Below are positions 10,035 to 20,011 of a stretch of DNA of 54,353 nucleotides, one piece after another. The notes beneath the pieces were generated by a model that worked only from the letters and a program-made list of their open reading frames with translations, was not told where the DNA came from and searched no databases. Source of the DNA: Candidatus Levyibacteriota bacterium (GTDB taxonomy: Bacteria; Patescibacteriota; Microgenomatia; Levybacterales; UBA12049); contig JBBSGK010000006.1 in assembly GCA_038254115.1 (NCBI GenBank), positions 1-54,353 of the forward strand, read 5' to 3'. A program made the translations under genes and the position numbers. How positions within the stretch are numbered: the first letter of the stretch is position 1; every line of letters begins with the position of its first letter.

Positions 10035-11426
10035 TTATTTCTTCCTTACCTTTACTCCTTTTCCTGAATCTTCGATTACATATCCCAATTTTTCAATCTT
10101 GGCTCTCATTTGATCTGCGAGATTATAGTGCTTTGCTTTTCTCAAAACCTCACGCTCGGCAAGCATTTCCTTGATCGTATCCGGCACTATGCCCTGATCT
10201 TTTTTGACTACTTCCCTGTTTTGATAGAGATTCAAGCCCAAGACTTGATCCATCTTAAAAAGCGTTTTTGCCTTGGCCCCGGTTGGATGGTCTGATTTAA
10301 CCATCTCCCACATTACAGCCAAGGCTTGGGGCATATTTAGATCATCGTTAATTGCTTCTAGAAAACGCTTGTCATACTCAGGCAAGATACCGGCGGGCTC
10401 ATCCCAAAGCGCTATATCCTGAAGAAGTTTTCTCAAAGCATTTTCGGATGCGTCAAGGGAGGGAAAAGTGAAATTAAGCTCCTTACGGTAATGCGTTTGT
10501 AGGTAAAGATAGCGAAGACTTATCGGATGATAACCTGATTTGTCCAAATCATAAAGTCTGTAATTATTTCCAAGACTTTTGCTCATTCTCTCACCTTGGA
10601 TCAAAATAAACGCGCTGTGTATCCAGTAATTTACAAATTTTTTGCCGGTTGCAGCTTCCGCCTGCGCAATTTCATTTGGGTGATGAGTTTGCTTGAGATC
10701 CACTCCCCCGGTATGGATGTCAAAACTCTCCCCTAGATATTTCATACTCATGGCAGAGCACTCTATGTGCCATCCCGGAAAACCCACTCCCCATGGACTC
10801 TTCCATTGCATATGTCTCTTTTCGTCCTCTTTGCTGAATTTCCAGAGCGCGAAATCGCGCGGATTTTTCTTCTCCTCATTGATTTCAACACGCGCTCCTT
10901 CTTTTATCTGATCAAGATCCGAAAGTTCTCCGTAATTTTTGAACTTTGATGTATCAAAATAAATTCCATCAGATATTCTGTAGGTAAAGCCTTTATCTTC
11001 CAATCTTTGAATCAACTCAATCTGCTCTTTGATGTGGTCGGTTGCTTTTACAAATTTTTCAGGCTGCTCGAGATTTAACTCTTCGTAATCTTTTAGAAAT
11101 GCATCGGTGTAGAACTTGGCAACATCCCAAGCGGTTTTGCCCTCTTTTTTTGCTGTCTTCTCCATCCTGTCCTCGCCTGTATCAGCATCTCCCAGATTAT
11201 CCCCAGTCAGATGCCCGACATCTGTAAGATTCATTATGTATTTAACTTTGTAACCGTTATATTTCAGGACTCTGACAAGTAAATCTGAGGTCATAAATGT
11301 CCGTAAATTCCCGATAGTCACAAAGTCATAAACAGTAGGTCCGCAAGTGTAAACACCAGCTTGTTTGGGAGAAATTGGCTTAAATGTTTCAACCTTTCTT
11401 GTGAGGGAATTATATAGCTTTAACAT
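10035..11426 (-). CDS. cysS: Cysteine--tRNA ligase
   Basis: YTCGPTVY, DFALWK, GWHIECS, MSKS. Confidence 0.97.
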   Translation of the reverse strand: MLKLYNSLTRKVETFKPISPKQAGVYTCGPTVYDFVTIGNLRTFMTSDLLVRVLKYNGYKVKYIMNLTDVGHLTGDNLGDADTGEDRMEKTAKKEGKTAWDVAKFYTDAFLKDYEELNLEQPEKFVKATDHIKEQIELIQRLEDKGFTYRISDGIYFDTSKFKNYGELSDLDQIKEGARVEINEEKKNPRDFALWKFSKEDEKRHMQWKSPWGVGFPGWHIECSAMSMKYLGESFDIHTGGVDLKQTHHPNEIAQAEAATGKKFVNYWIHSAFILIQGERMSKSLGNNYRLYDLDKSGYHPISLRYLYLQTHYRKELNFTFPSLDASENALRKLLQDIALWDEPAGILPEYDKRFLEAINDDLNMPQALAVMWEMVKSDHPTGAKAKTLFKMDQVLGLNLYQNREVVKKDQGIVPDTIKEMLAEREVLRKAKHYNLADQMRAKIEKLGYVIEDSGKGVKVRKK

Positions 11427-11533
11427 AAGTTAAAAGTCCAAAGTCCTGCCTGCCGGCAGGCGGGTAAAATTTAAAAGTTGCAGTTCAAAATTAAAAATTA
11501 ACTTTAAGCTTTGCATTTTGAACTTTGAATTTG
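11427..11533. repeat. Inverted heptamer array containing a 20-bp GC-rich palindrome
   Basis: (AAAGTTx)n left arm and (xACTTTG)n right arm; cctgcctgccggcaggcggg at 11445-11464. Confidence 0.75.
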
Positions 11534-11580
11534 TATATGCATTATAGCTTACTTGAGGCAAAATTCAAAAAGATTCCAAT

Positions 11581-12225
11581 TTACCCACTTGATCCCCGGA
11601 AAGTTTCTGTTTTCATCTGTCCCATCTTAAGACCCATATCTGCTTTGCGTTTTTTACCGGGAGGTGTTCCCATTTTGTTGCGGCCCTTTCCTGTAGCCTG
11701 AGGAGGTTCCTCCTTTTCTTTCGCTTCTGCTTGTTTTTTCTCCTCCTCCTCTTCCTCCTGCTGTTTTTTTCGCTCCTCTCTTTGCTGTTCCTGTTCCCGT
11801 CTGAATTTTTTGACCCTATCCTCAAGAGTCATTACATTTTCGTCAAAATAATGCTGTAAATGAAACATCGCATTTTCAGCACCCTTTGCATCTCCTTTAT
11901 CCAAATAATGCTGCCTTGCGATAAATTTTGCATGGTCTCCTACATTACTGGTTCCGGCAAGTATGTGCGCTTTGGATTTAGCCAGCGGCGGAGCGACGGA
12001 CTTTTGGGCTTTTGCAATATTTGGATCTTTAGGATCTTGGGGATCTCCTGTAGATTTATCTGTCACCCCATATAGTTGAGCAACAATATCATTGGTGACT
12101 GCCTTGGCTGCATTTTGCGCTTGCTGTTTTGCCTGATCACTTAAAGGTTTTGCTGCAGGCTTGGCGATGGAAACATCTTCTTCAAAACTACTCTCAACAT
12201 TATTTTTAAAAGGATTATTGGGCAT
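11581..12225 (-). CDS. Hypothetical protein with charged coiled-coil region
   Basis: 214-aa ORF with an E/K/Q-rich stretch. Confidence 0.75.
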   Translation of the reverse strand: MPNNPFKNNVESSFEEDVSIAKPAAKPLSDQAKQQAQNAAKAVTNDIVAQLYGVTDKSTGDPQDPKDPNIAKAQKSVAPPLAKSKAHILAGTSNVGDHAKFIARQHYLDKGDAKGAENAMFHLQHYFDENVMTLEDRVKKFRREQEQQREERKKQQEEEEEEKKQAEAKEKEEPPQATGKGRNKMGTPPGKKRKADMGLKMGQMKTETFRGSSG

Positions 12226-12237
12226 GATTTAATTATA

Positions 12238-12891
12238 TCAATATTCCTGCCGTCCTGTCATTGCTTGAACAAGTGTAGTCGAATCCGCATACTCAATATC
12301 TGCACCGGTCGGCAATCCGCGGCCTATCCTGGTAACTGTTACCTGCCTGCCGGCAGGCAGGAATTTTCCATTTTGAACTTTTAACTGTTTTGAGATGTAC
12401 ATTGCGGTCGCCTCCCCTTCCATCGTGGGATTAGTTGCCAAAATAACCTCTTGGATTCTTGTCCCATCTGGCTCTTTTGTCTCCTCTGTCCCCTTTCTAA
12501 TACGGGCCAATAATTCTCCAATATGTATCTCGTCCGGGCCGATATTATTTAAAGGATCTATCTTTCCATGAAGCACATGATAGACTCCATTATATTTTCC
12601 GCTCTTTTCAAATGCCAAAATATCCAACGGTTGTTCTACAACACAAATCTGCTCCTGATTACGTCGTGTATCACCACAGATACTGCATGGATCAATCTCA
12701 TCTACTGAAAAACAAACTGAGCAAATAATAGTGTCTTTTCTAAGAGTTTGGACTGACTGAGCAAAACGGTCAAGCTCACCCTGAGGAACGTGCAAAAGAT
12801 AAAATGCCAGACGCTGAGCAGTCTTTGGCCCAACTCCCGGCAAACGCTCAAAACTCTCAACTAAATTGGTAATTGCTTTAGGTATCTTCAT
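12238..12891 (-). CDS. recR: Recombination protein RecR
   Basis: LPGVGPKTAQR HhH, C4 zinc finger, Toprim ATNPTMEGEAT; in-frame LPAGRQ insert. Confidence 0.97.
   Translation of the reverse strand: MKIPKAITNLVESFERLPGVGPKTAQRLAFYLLHVPQGELDRFAQSVQTLRKDTIICSVCFSVDEIDPCSICGDTRRNQEQICVVEQPLDILAFEKSGKYNGVYHVLHGKIDPLNNIGPDEIHIGELLARIRKGTEETKEPDGTRIQEVILATNPTMEGEATAMYISKQLKVQNGKFLPAGRQVTVTRIGRGLPTGADIEYADSTTLVQAMTGRQEY
12342..12361. repeat. Perfect 20-bp palindrome CCTGCCTGCCGGCAGGCAGG inside recR
   Basis: Direct reading; 19/20 match to the copy at 11445-11464. Confidence 0.9.
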
Positions 12892-13793
12892 TTTTCGCTC
12901 AATTCATTTGCTGTCATTTCGGCAACTGATAAAACTTCCAACTTTGAAAACACTTTTTCTTTTGGAATAAAAACAGTATCTGTCACAAATACTTTTTTGA
13001 TACTTGATTCCTCAAGTAGCTTCGGCGCGTTTTCTGAAAATATTGCGTGAGTCACAAAAGCATAAACTTCGTCTACTCCATTCTTGTTTAAAAGCTTGGC
13101 TGATTCTATGAGAGTACCTCCGCTTGAAGCCATATCATCCACAATAAAAGCTCTTTTGGTATTAGCTGGTAATTCACCTTCAATATTTTTTATTTCAATA
13201 GCGCCTGTTGCCAGATCCCGATCTTTAACTGTCGCAATCCATGGAATGTTACCAAGAATTTCCGATATTATTTTAATTCTTCGCAATCCTCCCATATCCG
13301 GTGAGACCAGAACAGAGTTTTCTATCCCAATTTCCCGAATGGACTTTGCAAACAAAGGAAGCGCGGATAAATGTGTAACAGGAATAGAAAAAATTTCAGG
13401 AGTTTTGACAGTGTGGAAATCAAATGCAATAACTTTGTCAATCTTGACAGATTGAAGGGCGTTGACAATAACCTCAAGTGACACCGCTTCTCCATCCCGG
13501 AAAACATGATCTTGCCTTTGATAACCAAGATAAGGAATAACCACAGTTATTGACTTCGCGCCTGATCTTTTCAGACCGTCGGCAATAAAAAAGAGCTCCA
13601 TATAATTTTGATCAACGGGGCTTGCGGTCGGCTGGACGAGAACTGTATCTTCTTCAATAACAGATGTTTCGATCCTGATCCGCCTCTCCCCATCCGGAAA
13701 AACAAATATTTCAATTGGGGAAAGTTGAAGGTTTAAATGATTTGCCAACTTCTCAGCAAGTGGCTTATTGGAACTCCCGCTAAATATTTTCAT
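12888..13793 (-). CDS. prs: Ribose-phosphate pyrophosphokinase (paralog 1)
   Basis: FPDGE, PYLGYQRQD, SPDMGG, VDDMASSGGT. Confidence 0.93.
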   Translation of the reverse strand: MKIFSGSSNKPLAEKLANHLNLQLSPIEIFVFPDGERRIRIETSVIEEDTVLVQPTASPVDQNYMELFFIADGLKRSGAKSITVVIPYLGYQRQDHVFRDGEAVSLEVIVNALQSVKIDKVIAFDFHTVKTPEIFSIPVTHLSALPLFAKSIREIGIENSVLVSPDMGGLRRIKIISEILGNIPWIATVKDRDLATGAIEIKNIEGELPANTKRAFIVDDMASSGGTLIESAKLLNKNGVDEVYAFVTHAIFSENAPKLLEESSIKKVFVTDTVFIPKEKVFSKLEVLSVAEMTANELSEK

Positions 13794-13878
13794 CTACCCT
13801 ATTGTACTATTGCGAAGAGATTGAAGCAACAAATAGTTCTCTGTTGACACAATTAATTGCACATGAGATAGTTTTTCT

Positions 13879-14589
13879 ATGAGCGATGAAGTATCGGGTG
13901 ATCAATTAGGGACGGGAGAAGCCCAATCTTTTAATTCGGAAAGAGCAGCTAAAGACCAGCAATGGACTGCAAAAAGAGCAGACATAGATCAAATCATTGA
14001 TGGGACTGGCACTGGAATTGATGAGGGAGTTAAAGACACAATTGTAGCGCTTAATTTGCTTGACATCAACACTGTAGGCTCATGTGAGGGCCATATAGAC
14101 CAAGGGCTAGGCGCACCAACTATATCGATTGGTTCCCCCAAGACTGTGGAAGCAGAGGAATTGGAATCCGAAATGCAGCGTTTACTCGATAAAACATTGC
14201 AGGCCGAAAAAGATCCTGCTCTTAAGGATGAATATTTAAGCTCATATGATCAATACGAGAAAAAACGGGGTGAACGTAAGAATTTAACGGCTGAAGAAGG
14301 AAAAAAAGTAATGATGCATATGGGCGAGTTTTACAAAGGAAGGGAGGTTCCCTTAGACAGAAGGCTTATACTGATTGATTTAAACGGGTACCATATGAAC
14401 TTGCAAAGCCAGGGTGCTGATTTTCAGATGAGTTTAACCGAGGAAGAAAGACAACAAAAACTTACTGAATATCAAGGGGAAATGCGGGAATTTACTGAGT
14501 TTTTAAAAGGTAAGTTCTTTGAGAAATCGAATGTAAATCAACCTACTCCAGACTCTACCCCAACTCCTGCCACAGCAGAGACTCAATAG
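13879..14589 (+). CDS. Hypothetical protein with T-x-x-SCEGH motif
   Basis: 236-aa ORF; IDEGVKDTIVALNLLDINTVGSCEGH. Confidence 0.75.
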   Translation: MSDEVSGDQLGTGEAQSFNSERAAKDQQWTAKRADIDQIIDGTGTGIDEGVKDTIVALNLLDINTVGSCEGHIDQGLGAPTISIGSPKTVEAEELESEMQRLLDKTLQAEKDPALKDEYLSSYDQYEKKRGERKNLTAEEGKKVMMHMGEFYKGREVPLDRRLILIDLNGYHMNLQSQGADFQMSLTEEERQQKLTEYQGEMREFTEFLKGKFFEKSNVNQPTPDSTPTPATAETQ

Positions 14590-14595
14590 TAATTT

Positions 14596-15561
14596 CTACA
14601 AAATTAAATCCTTACTAATTGATCCACCTGTCTGGATGCGTCTTATCGCTTCAGCGAGAAGAGGCGCGACAGATGCAATCTTAACTTTTGATATTTTTCT
14701 AATCTCTTCTCTTTGCGCAATTGTATCGGTTACGTATATTTCATCAATCGCCGGATGCTTAATCATCTTAACTGCATCGCCTGCAAAAACTCCATGAACT
14801 ATCGCAAGCCTTACACTCTTTGCGCCCTGCTCTTTCAAAAAGATTGCAGCATTTACTATGGTACCACCTGTGCTGATAACATCATCAACAAGCAGCACAT
14901 CTTTTCCTTTTACTTTTCCGATCATTGCTGAAGTCTCAGATTTATCATTTACCGCAACATCGCGCTCTTTATAAACAAGCGCCACTCCTTCAGCCCCCAA
15001 GAGTCTTGCGTAACCTGTTGCCTGCACCATACCTCCTTTATCAGGACTTGCAACGACTAAATTGTCCAGTTTCTGCTCCCTAATAAGAGGCATAAGAGCA
15101 TAGGACCCATATAAATTGTCCCAAGGAATACGGACAAATCCCTGCTGTTGTTGTGAGTGAATATCTATTGTCAAAATCTGTGTAGCACCAGCATTTACTA
15201 TCATATGGGCAACAAGCGAAGAACTGATGGGAACACGCGGCATTTCCTTTCTATCTTGTCTGGAGTAACCGTAATACGGAATAATTGCGGATATCTCAGC
15301 CGCCGATGATCTTTTGGCAGCATCTATCATAAGAAGGAGCTCCATGATGCTGTCGTTGGCCGCTGGAGCTGTAGGTTGGATAATAAAAACGTGACGGTTA
15401 CGCATACTAACCGGTATACGCACTCTTATTTCCCCGTCTGAAAAGACACTAATTGGCTGATGCAGTTCTTCTCCTAGAATCTTAGCGATATCCTTTGCTA
15501 ACTTCAAATTAGGACGTCCCGTTAGCAACACGCATTCTTCAATTTTAGCTTGATTTACCAT
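14596..15561 (-). CDS. prs: Ribose-phosphate pyrophosphokinase (paralog 2)
   Basis: FSDGE, PYYGYSRQDRK, SPDKGG, VDDVISTGGT. Confidence 0.95.
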   Translation of the reverse strand: MVNQAKIEECVLLTGRPNLKLAKDIAKILGEELHQPISVFSDGEIRVRIPVSMRNRHVFIIQPTAPAANDSIMELLLMIDAAKRSSAAEISAIIPYYGYSRQDRKEMPRVPISSSLVAHMIVNAGATQILTIDIHSQQQQGFVRIPWDNLYGSYALMPLIREQKLDNLVVASPDKGGMVQATGYARLLGAEGVALVYKERDVAVNDKSETSAMIGKVKGKDVLLVDDVISTGGTIVNAAIFLKEQGAKSVRLAIVHGVFAGDAVKMIKHPAIDEIYVTDTIAQREEIRKISKVKIASVAPLLAEAIRRIQTGGSISKDLIL

Positions 15562-15571
15562 AGATTATTAA

Positions 15572-15697
15572 GTTCTAAACTCTAATATCTAAATCCTAAA
15601 CAATATTAAAATCAAAATAACTCAAATCAAAAATGTTTTATTATTGAAGTTTTGAAATTCGAATTTATTTAGATATTAGAAATTAGATATTAGAAAT
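15572..15697. repeat. Intergenic inverted heptamer/octamer array
   Basis: ttctaaactctaatatctaaatcctaaa ... tttagatattagaaattagatattagaa. Confidence 0.7.
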
Positions 15698-15700
15698 TTT

Positions 15701-15991
15701 TTATTTACCGCCGAGCAGTCCTGAAAGTCCGCCCATCCCACCTGACATGCTTTGCAATTTTTTGGCTGCTACTTCTTGAGATTTTTTAACTGCCTCATTT
15801 ATTGCACCCCTTATATCGCTGTCAGATTTGCCGTTACTTATTATTTCGCGGATTTCCTGGTCTCCTGAAATTCGGATGTATACTCCGTGCTTATTTATCT
15901 CAACTTCCTCCATTTTGAGCTGTTTTTGAATCGCCATTGCCTGATCGCGCATTTTTTTAATTTCCCCTATTTGACTAAATGGATTATTCAT
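15701..15991 (-). CDS. ybaB: YbaB/EbfC nucleoid-associated protein
   Basis: Size, QAMAIQKQL / AINEAVKKSQE pattern, position downstream of dnaX. Confidence 0.85.
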   Translation of the reverse strand: MNNPFSQIGEIKKMRDQAMAIQKQLKMEEVEINKHGVYIRISGDQEIREIISNGKSDSDIRGAINEAVKKSQEVAAKKLQSMSGGMGGLSGLLGGK

Positions 15992-16016
15992 AATTCAATC
16001 ACCTACCTTTCTATAT

Positions 16017-17531
16017 TTACTTGTTTCTCAATTGTACCTCAACCGAAACATCTTTTCCAGTAAGCATTTTTGCGACTCTTGCAAGTTCTGTTTTTGTCTT
16101 CATATCATTTAGTCGCTCTTTGTGAAATTTATATTCTGTTTCTATCACAAGGTTTTTCTTGTCGTAACTGCTTATGCAGCATCCTCTGAGAACCCCCGCA
16201 ATCGTATGGTTATAATTCTTCATCTCGGATATTATGCTTTTCCAGAACGTATCCAGCCATTCTTTTGATATATCACCGCTTCCCGAGGTATGGAGCAAAT
16301 TGCCGCTCGAATGAGTTGGAGCTATTACTGACGGTTCTTCTTGTTTTGCAGGACCATACATTGCTTTTATTTTTTTCATATTTCCGACCTGTTTCCTGAG
16401 AGAGGACTGCGACACGCCTTCGTCATCATTTTCCAAAATGCCCTCTTGCGCTCTTACGCCTGCACTTCCCCACTCTATTATTGCCAATTCAAGCGGCAAC
16501 TGTGGGAGAACGCAGTAGCGGGTTTCCTGATAAACTTGGTTAAAAAGGCGGGAAAGCGTGCTAAGTTCATTGATTTCAAATTGTAAATCTGCCAATATTT
16601 CATTTTCTGATTTTTTTATAACCCCTACCCCAAGTAACAATTTTTTATTTAATTCTGATAAAATTTGTGAGACAAATGATTTGATATCTATTCCCTGAGA
16701 CACTATTGTTTCAACTATTACCAGCCCTTCCTTCAATCCTTCTTTTTTGTCTTCCATTTGAAAAGTTGCAAGAAGATTTGCGATGTGGAGTGGCACACTT
16801 TTGGTTTTGTATGATTTCTCAAGAACATCTTTTGTGATCTTACTTGTTGTTGTAAGCGCAATTTCCTCTAGAATTTTTGCAGCGTCTCTAAATCCTCCAT
16901 CGGCCATTTGGGCAATTGAGTAAAGAGACTCATCATCTATTTTGATCTTTTCCGTATCTGTAATGCGTTTTAATGAATGCACTATCTCCTCCGTTGTTGC
17001 AAGATTGAAGTTGATATGAAAACACCTTGAAACAATTGTATCAGGTACTTTTTGGGGTTCAGTTGTGCAGAGGATAAACATCGCATGCGCCGGGGGCTCC
17101 TCAAGAGTCTTGAGAAGCGCATTGAAAGCCTCGGTGGTAAGCATATGCACCTCATCAATTATGTAAACTTTTTTCTTGGCGCTCATCGGGGCAAGACGGA
17201 TTTTTTCCTTAAGGTCCCTGATCTCATCAATTCCTCGGTTACTCGCAGCATCTATTTCCAAAATATCCATGTTGGATCCCTCAGTAATGGATTTACAGCT
17301 TTCACAATCATCACAAGGCTCAAATCCGTTTTTGCGCTTTTTTATGGGAGCCGTGCAGTTCACAACTTTTGCTATTATTCTTGCAGCTGAGGTTTTGCCA
17401 AGCCCTTTGGGACCTGTGAAAAGGAATGCGTGAGCTGGATCTTTGGTAAGTACTGATGTTAAAGTGGTACGAACGGCCTCACTATCAAGGGCTTCAATTT
17501 TTTGCGGACGATACTTGCGATAAAATACCAT
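16017..17531 (-). CDS. dnaX: DNA polymerase III subunit gamma/tau
   Basis: YRKYRPQ, GPKGLGKTS, EIDAAS, IDEVHML, SRC. Confidence 0.97.
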   Translation of the reverse strand: MVFYRKYRPQKIEALDSEAVRTTLTSVLTKDPAHAFLFTGPKGLGKTSAARIIAKVVNCTAPIKKRKNGFEPCDDCESCKSITEGSNMDILEIDAASNRGIDEIRDLKEKIRLAPMSAKKKVYIIDEVHMLTTEAFNALLKTLEEPPAHAMFILCTTEPQKVPDTIVSRCFHINFNLATTEEIVHSLKRITDTEKIKIDDESLYSIAQMADGGFRDAAKILEEIALTTTSKITKDVLEKSYKTKSVPLHIANLLATFQMEDKKEGLKEGLVIVETIVSQGIDIKSFVSQILSELNKKLLLGVGVIKKSENEILADLQFEINELSTLSRLFNQVYQETRYCVLPQLPLELAIIEWGSAGVRAQEGILENDDEGVSQSSLRKQVGNMKKIKAMYGPAKQEEPSVIAPTHSSGNLLHTSGSGDISKEWLDTFWKSIISEMKNYNHTIAGVLRGCCISSYDKKNLVIETEYKFHKERLNDMKTKTELARVAKMLTGKDVSVEVQLRNK

Positions 17532-17538
17532 AACAACA

Positions 17539-17638
17539 ATTTATAATCTATAATTCATAATTCAGAATTTTTCTGAGAGATTAAGTAATTTTAGATTCAT
17601 AATTTAATTCTGAATTCTAAACCCTGAATTCTGAATTC
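17539..17638. repeat. Intergenic inverted heptamer array
   Basis: (ATTxATA/ATTCAGA)n ... (TCTGAAT)n. Confidence 0.7.
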
Positions 17639-18024
17639 TATTCGTGGTGCAATCCGAGTAAATGAAGCATCCCGTGTCTCACAAGCTCCTCTACCCGCTC
17701 GTCAACCAATAACTCATCTCTTGCTGCTTCTTTTATTACTTCAGGATACGAAATTACGATGTCCCCAAGCCGCGCTACATCCGATGGCAATTTTGACGAT
17801 TCTCCCTCAGTCAGCGGAAATGAAAGTATATTTGTCGTTCCATCTTTACCACGATACTCTTTATTAAGCTTTTTCATTTTGCGGTCACCGACTATCGCGA
17901 CAGACACCTCTATAGCACTTTTGAGATCATTTTCCTCGCAAACATTGTATATAGCGGTCTTTATTTTCTTCCTGCTTACCTTATATCTACTTTCAACATA
18001 AATTAAAACGTTTATGTTTTCCAT
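17638..18024 (-). CDS. ybeY: rRNA maturation endoribonuclease YbeY
   Basis: LNKEYRGKD, ILSFP, LGDIVIS, HGMLHLLGLHH. Confidence 0.95.
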   Translation of the reverse strand: MENINVLIYVESRYKVSRKKIKTAIYNVCEENDLKSAIEVSVAIVGDRKMKKLNKEYRGKDGTTNILSFPLTEGESSKLPSDVARLGDIVISYPEVIKEAARDELLVDERVEELVRHGMLHLLGLHHE

Positions 18025-18221
18025 TAGAAAAGCTTCACCCTTGCGGCTTCTTCCTGCTTCATTTTCTTCTTAAGCTTTTTGGCAAGAGAGGGCTTAAGAT
18101 AAAATTTGCGTCTTTTGGCCTCCTGGATTATACCGGCATCCATTACTTTTTTTGAAAAATTTCTTATAACCTGATCATCTGATTGACCGGGCATTTTTTT
18201 AACATGTACCATAATATACAA
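18024..18221 (-). CDS. rpsU: 30S ribosomal protein S21
   Basis: IRNFSKKV..GIIQEAKRRKFYLKPS; true start may be the second Met (18212). Confidence 0.85.
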   Translation of the reverse strand: MYIMVHVKKMPGQSDDQVIRNFSKKVMDAGIIQEAKRRKFYLKPSLAKKLKKKMKQEEAARVKLF

Positions 18222-18233
18222 ACACCCCCTTGG

Positions 18234-18305
18234 TTAACAATTAACATTTGACTATTAACAATTTACTCCTTGTGGTCAATTGTGAAGTGTGAATTGTCAA
18301 TTGTT
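18234..18305. repeat. Intergenic inverted heptamer array
   Basis: (TTAACAA)n ... (TTGTxAA)n. Confidence 0.7.
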
Positions 18306-18381
18306 TATGAATCTATTCTACCCCAAAACCGATCTTGTGTAAACCCTTGTCAGGTAAATTTTAAATGATATAATGTATTTT

Positions 18382-18606
18382 ATGCCAAATAATGAAACAC
18401 GTTTTCGGGGTGTTACTTCAATAGAGGGTAGAGAAAGTAATGGAGGAAGAGGTAGAGCATCTTCACGAAAAATGCCTCGTGCACTGCAAGATTTAATGCA
18501 CCATCCCCCTAAGGGTGATGTGCTTATTAGAGGCTACCAGAAAAGAACTGGTGAACCTGCACCTATTACCGATTTAGGTGAATATAGACGTCGCAATGAC
18601 AAATAG
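18382..18606 (+). CDS. Small basic hypothetical protein
   Basis: ATG 18382 lies 7 nt after TATAAT (18369-18374); ORF track start is 18373. Confidence 0.55.
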   Translation: MPNNETRFRGVTSIEGRESNGGRGRASSRKMPRALQDLMHHPPKGDVLIRGYQKRTGEPAPITDLGEYRRRNDK

Positions 18607-18936
18607 CTACATCCCATCCGTTTTTCCCATCGGGCCCATGAGGTGGATATGAAGATGATCTATCGCTTGTGCGCCACCGCCATTTATTCCTATCCGATGC
18701 CCCTTATCCGTCAATCCTTCTCTTTTAATCATATTTTGAACCACCGTAAACAGTTTTTGCAGAAGATCTTTGTCTTCAAGCGCCATAAATTCTGCAATGT
18801 GCTTTTTGGGAACGATTAATAAATGCACCGGTTTGACAGGCTGAATATCAGGAAAAACCATGACGTCATCATCTTCATACAAAAATTCCTTTTTAATTGC
18901 GCCGGTTGCGATTTTACAAAAAATACAATTTTCCAT
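18607..18936 (-). CDS. HIT family nucleotide-binding protein
   Basis: CIFC, HLLIVPK, HLHIH. Confidence 0.93.
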   Translation of the reverse strand: MENCIFCKIATGAIKKEFLYEDDDVMVFPDIQPVKPVHLLIVPKKHIAEFMALEDKDLLQKLFTVVQNMIKREGLTDKGHRIGINGGGAQAIDHLHIHLMGPMGKTDGM

Positions 18937-18946
18937 AATACCAATA

Positions 18947-19834
18947 TCAAAGTTTTTCCAACACCTTAATTATATCATTCAATTTCAATTTTGTCGGGCG
19001 CATCTTGGGATTTTTGGGAGTTCCGTTAAGAAGCATTTTTTTTGAGATATGAAGAAACCAGGTCGCATCAGGATCAATTTTTCTCAATTGCTCATAAGCC
19101 AGAGTAAGATCAAGGCCTTTATTTTTTTCAGTCGCGGGTAAGGTCTTGATCCTAACGTATCCTTTTCTGGGATCTTTACGGACTACAAGTGCGTATCCCA
19201 TTTTCTGAGCCAGTTTCAATACAGTGTCATTGATAGTTTCAAATCCCATCCCTTTTCCATATTTAGTTTTGAACTCAATTCCCTTCTCCTTTATCTCTTT
19301 CTCAGCCCATATTCTGTTTTCAAATGTATGGGTAAACGCATCAAGACAAGATATTCCAAAATTCACGTATTCTGCGTCTTGTCCCGGTTTTTGAAATTTG
19401 TATCCTTCCAAAAGTCCCAGAAAGGAAAATTCGTGATAATCCTCGGCTGCGTCGGCCCAATAAACTTCTTTAAAATGATCCGTATCAACAATTATTTTGA
19501 CAATTCTTGAAACAGCTTCTTTATGCTGAGGAGTCAAACTCCCACCTGACTTTTCAATCTGTGATAGAACGTAATCCCATGTCACAGAGGCTGCCGAAAC
19601 AGCGGTGTCTTGAGTTTGATGGTGATCCAGTGGTCCCAAACCTGTATCTACATGGATAACCTCATCGTCTCCGATCTTTTCAATGCTCTCACTTGATTCT
19701 GAATTATTTATTCTTTGTCCCGCCGGCACAAACTTGACTTCCGCACTCTCCCATCCCGGCAAAAACTTTTTTATCAGCCAGACAGAACTAATTGCGTCCC
19801 AATCAGGAGACATGTGAGTTACTATAACTTTCAT
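18947..19834 (-). CDS. DHH-superfamily / MYG1-like phosphoesterase
   Basis: VTHxxPDxDA, VDTG, DHHQ motifs. Confidence 0.6.
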   Translation of the reverse strand: MKVIVTHMSPDWDAISSVWLIKKFLPGWESAEVKFVPAGQRINNSESSESIEKIGDDEVIHVDTGLGPLDHHQTQDTAVSAASVTWDYVLSQIEKSGGSLTPQHKEAVSRIVKIIVDTDHFKEVYWADAAEDYHEFSFLGLLEGYKFQKPGQDAEYVNFGISCLDAFTHTFENRIWAEKEIKEKGIEFKTKYGKGMGFETINDTVLKLAQKMGYALVVRKDPRKGYVRIKTLPATEKNKGLDLTLAYEQLRKIDPDATWFLHISKKMLLNGTPKNPKMRPTKLKLNDIIKVLEKL

Positions 19835-19854
19835 TATGGTAAGTATACGCTAAC

Positions 19855-19954
19855 AATTTTTAATTTTCAATTTTTAATTTAAACTGAAACTTAAATACTA
19901 TAATGTTTAATTTTTAAAAATTCATTGAAAATTGTAAATTTTAAATTTAAAATT
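19855..19954. repeat. Intergenic inverted AT-rich 7-8-mer array
   Basis: (AATTTTx)n ... (xAAAATT)n. Confidence 0.6.
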
Positions 19955-20011
19955 TGGAACAACTCTTGACAAAGACTGTAAAATCCCAGAAGATATTAAT
20001 AGAGGAATATT

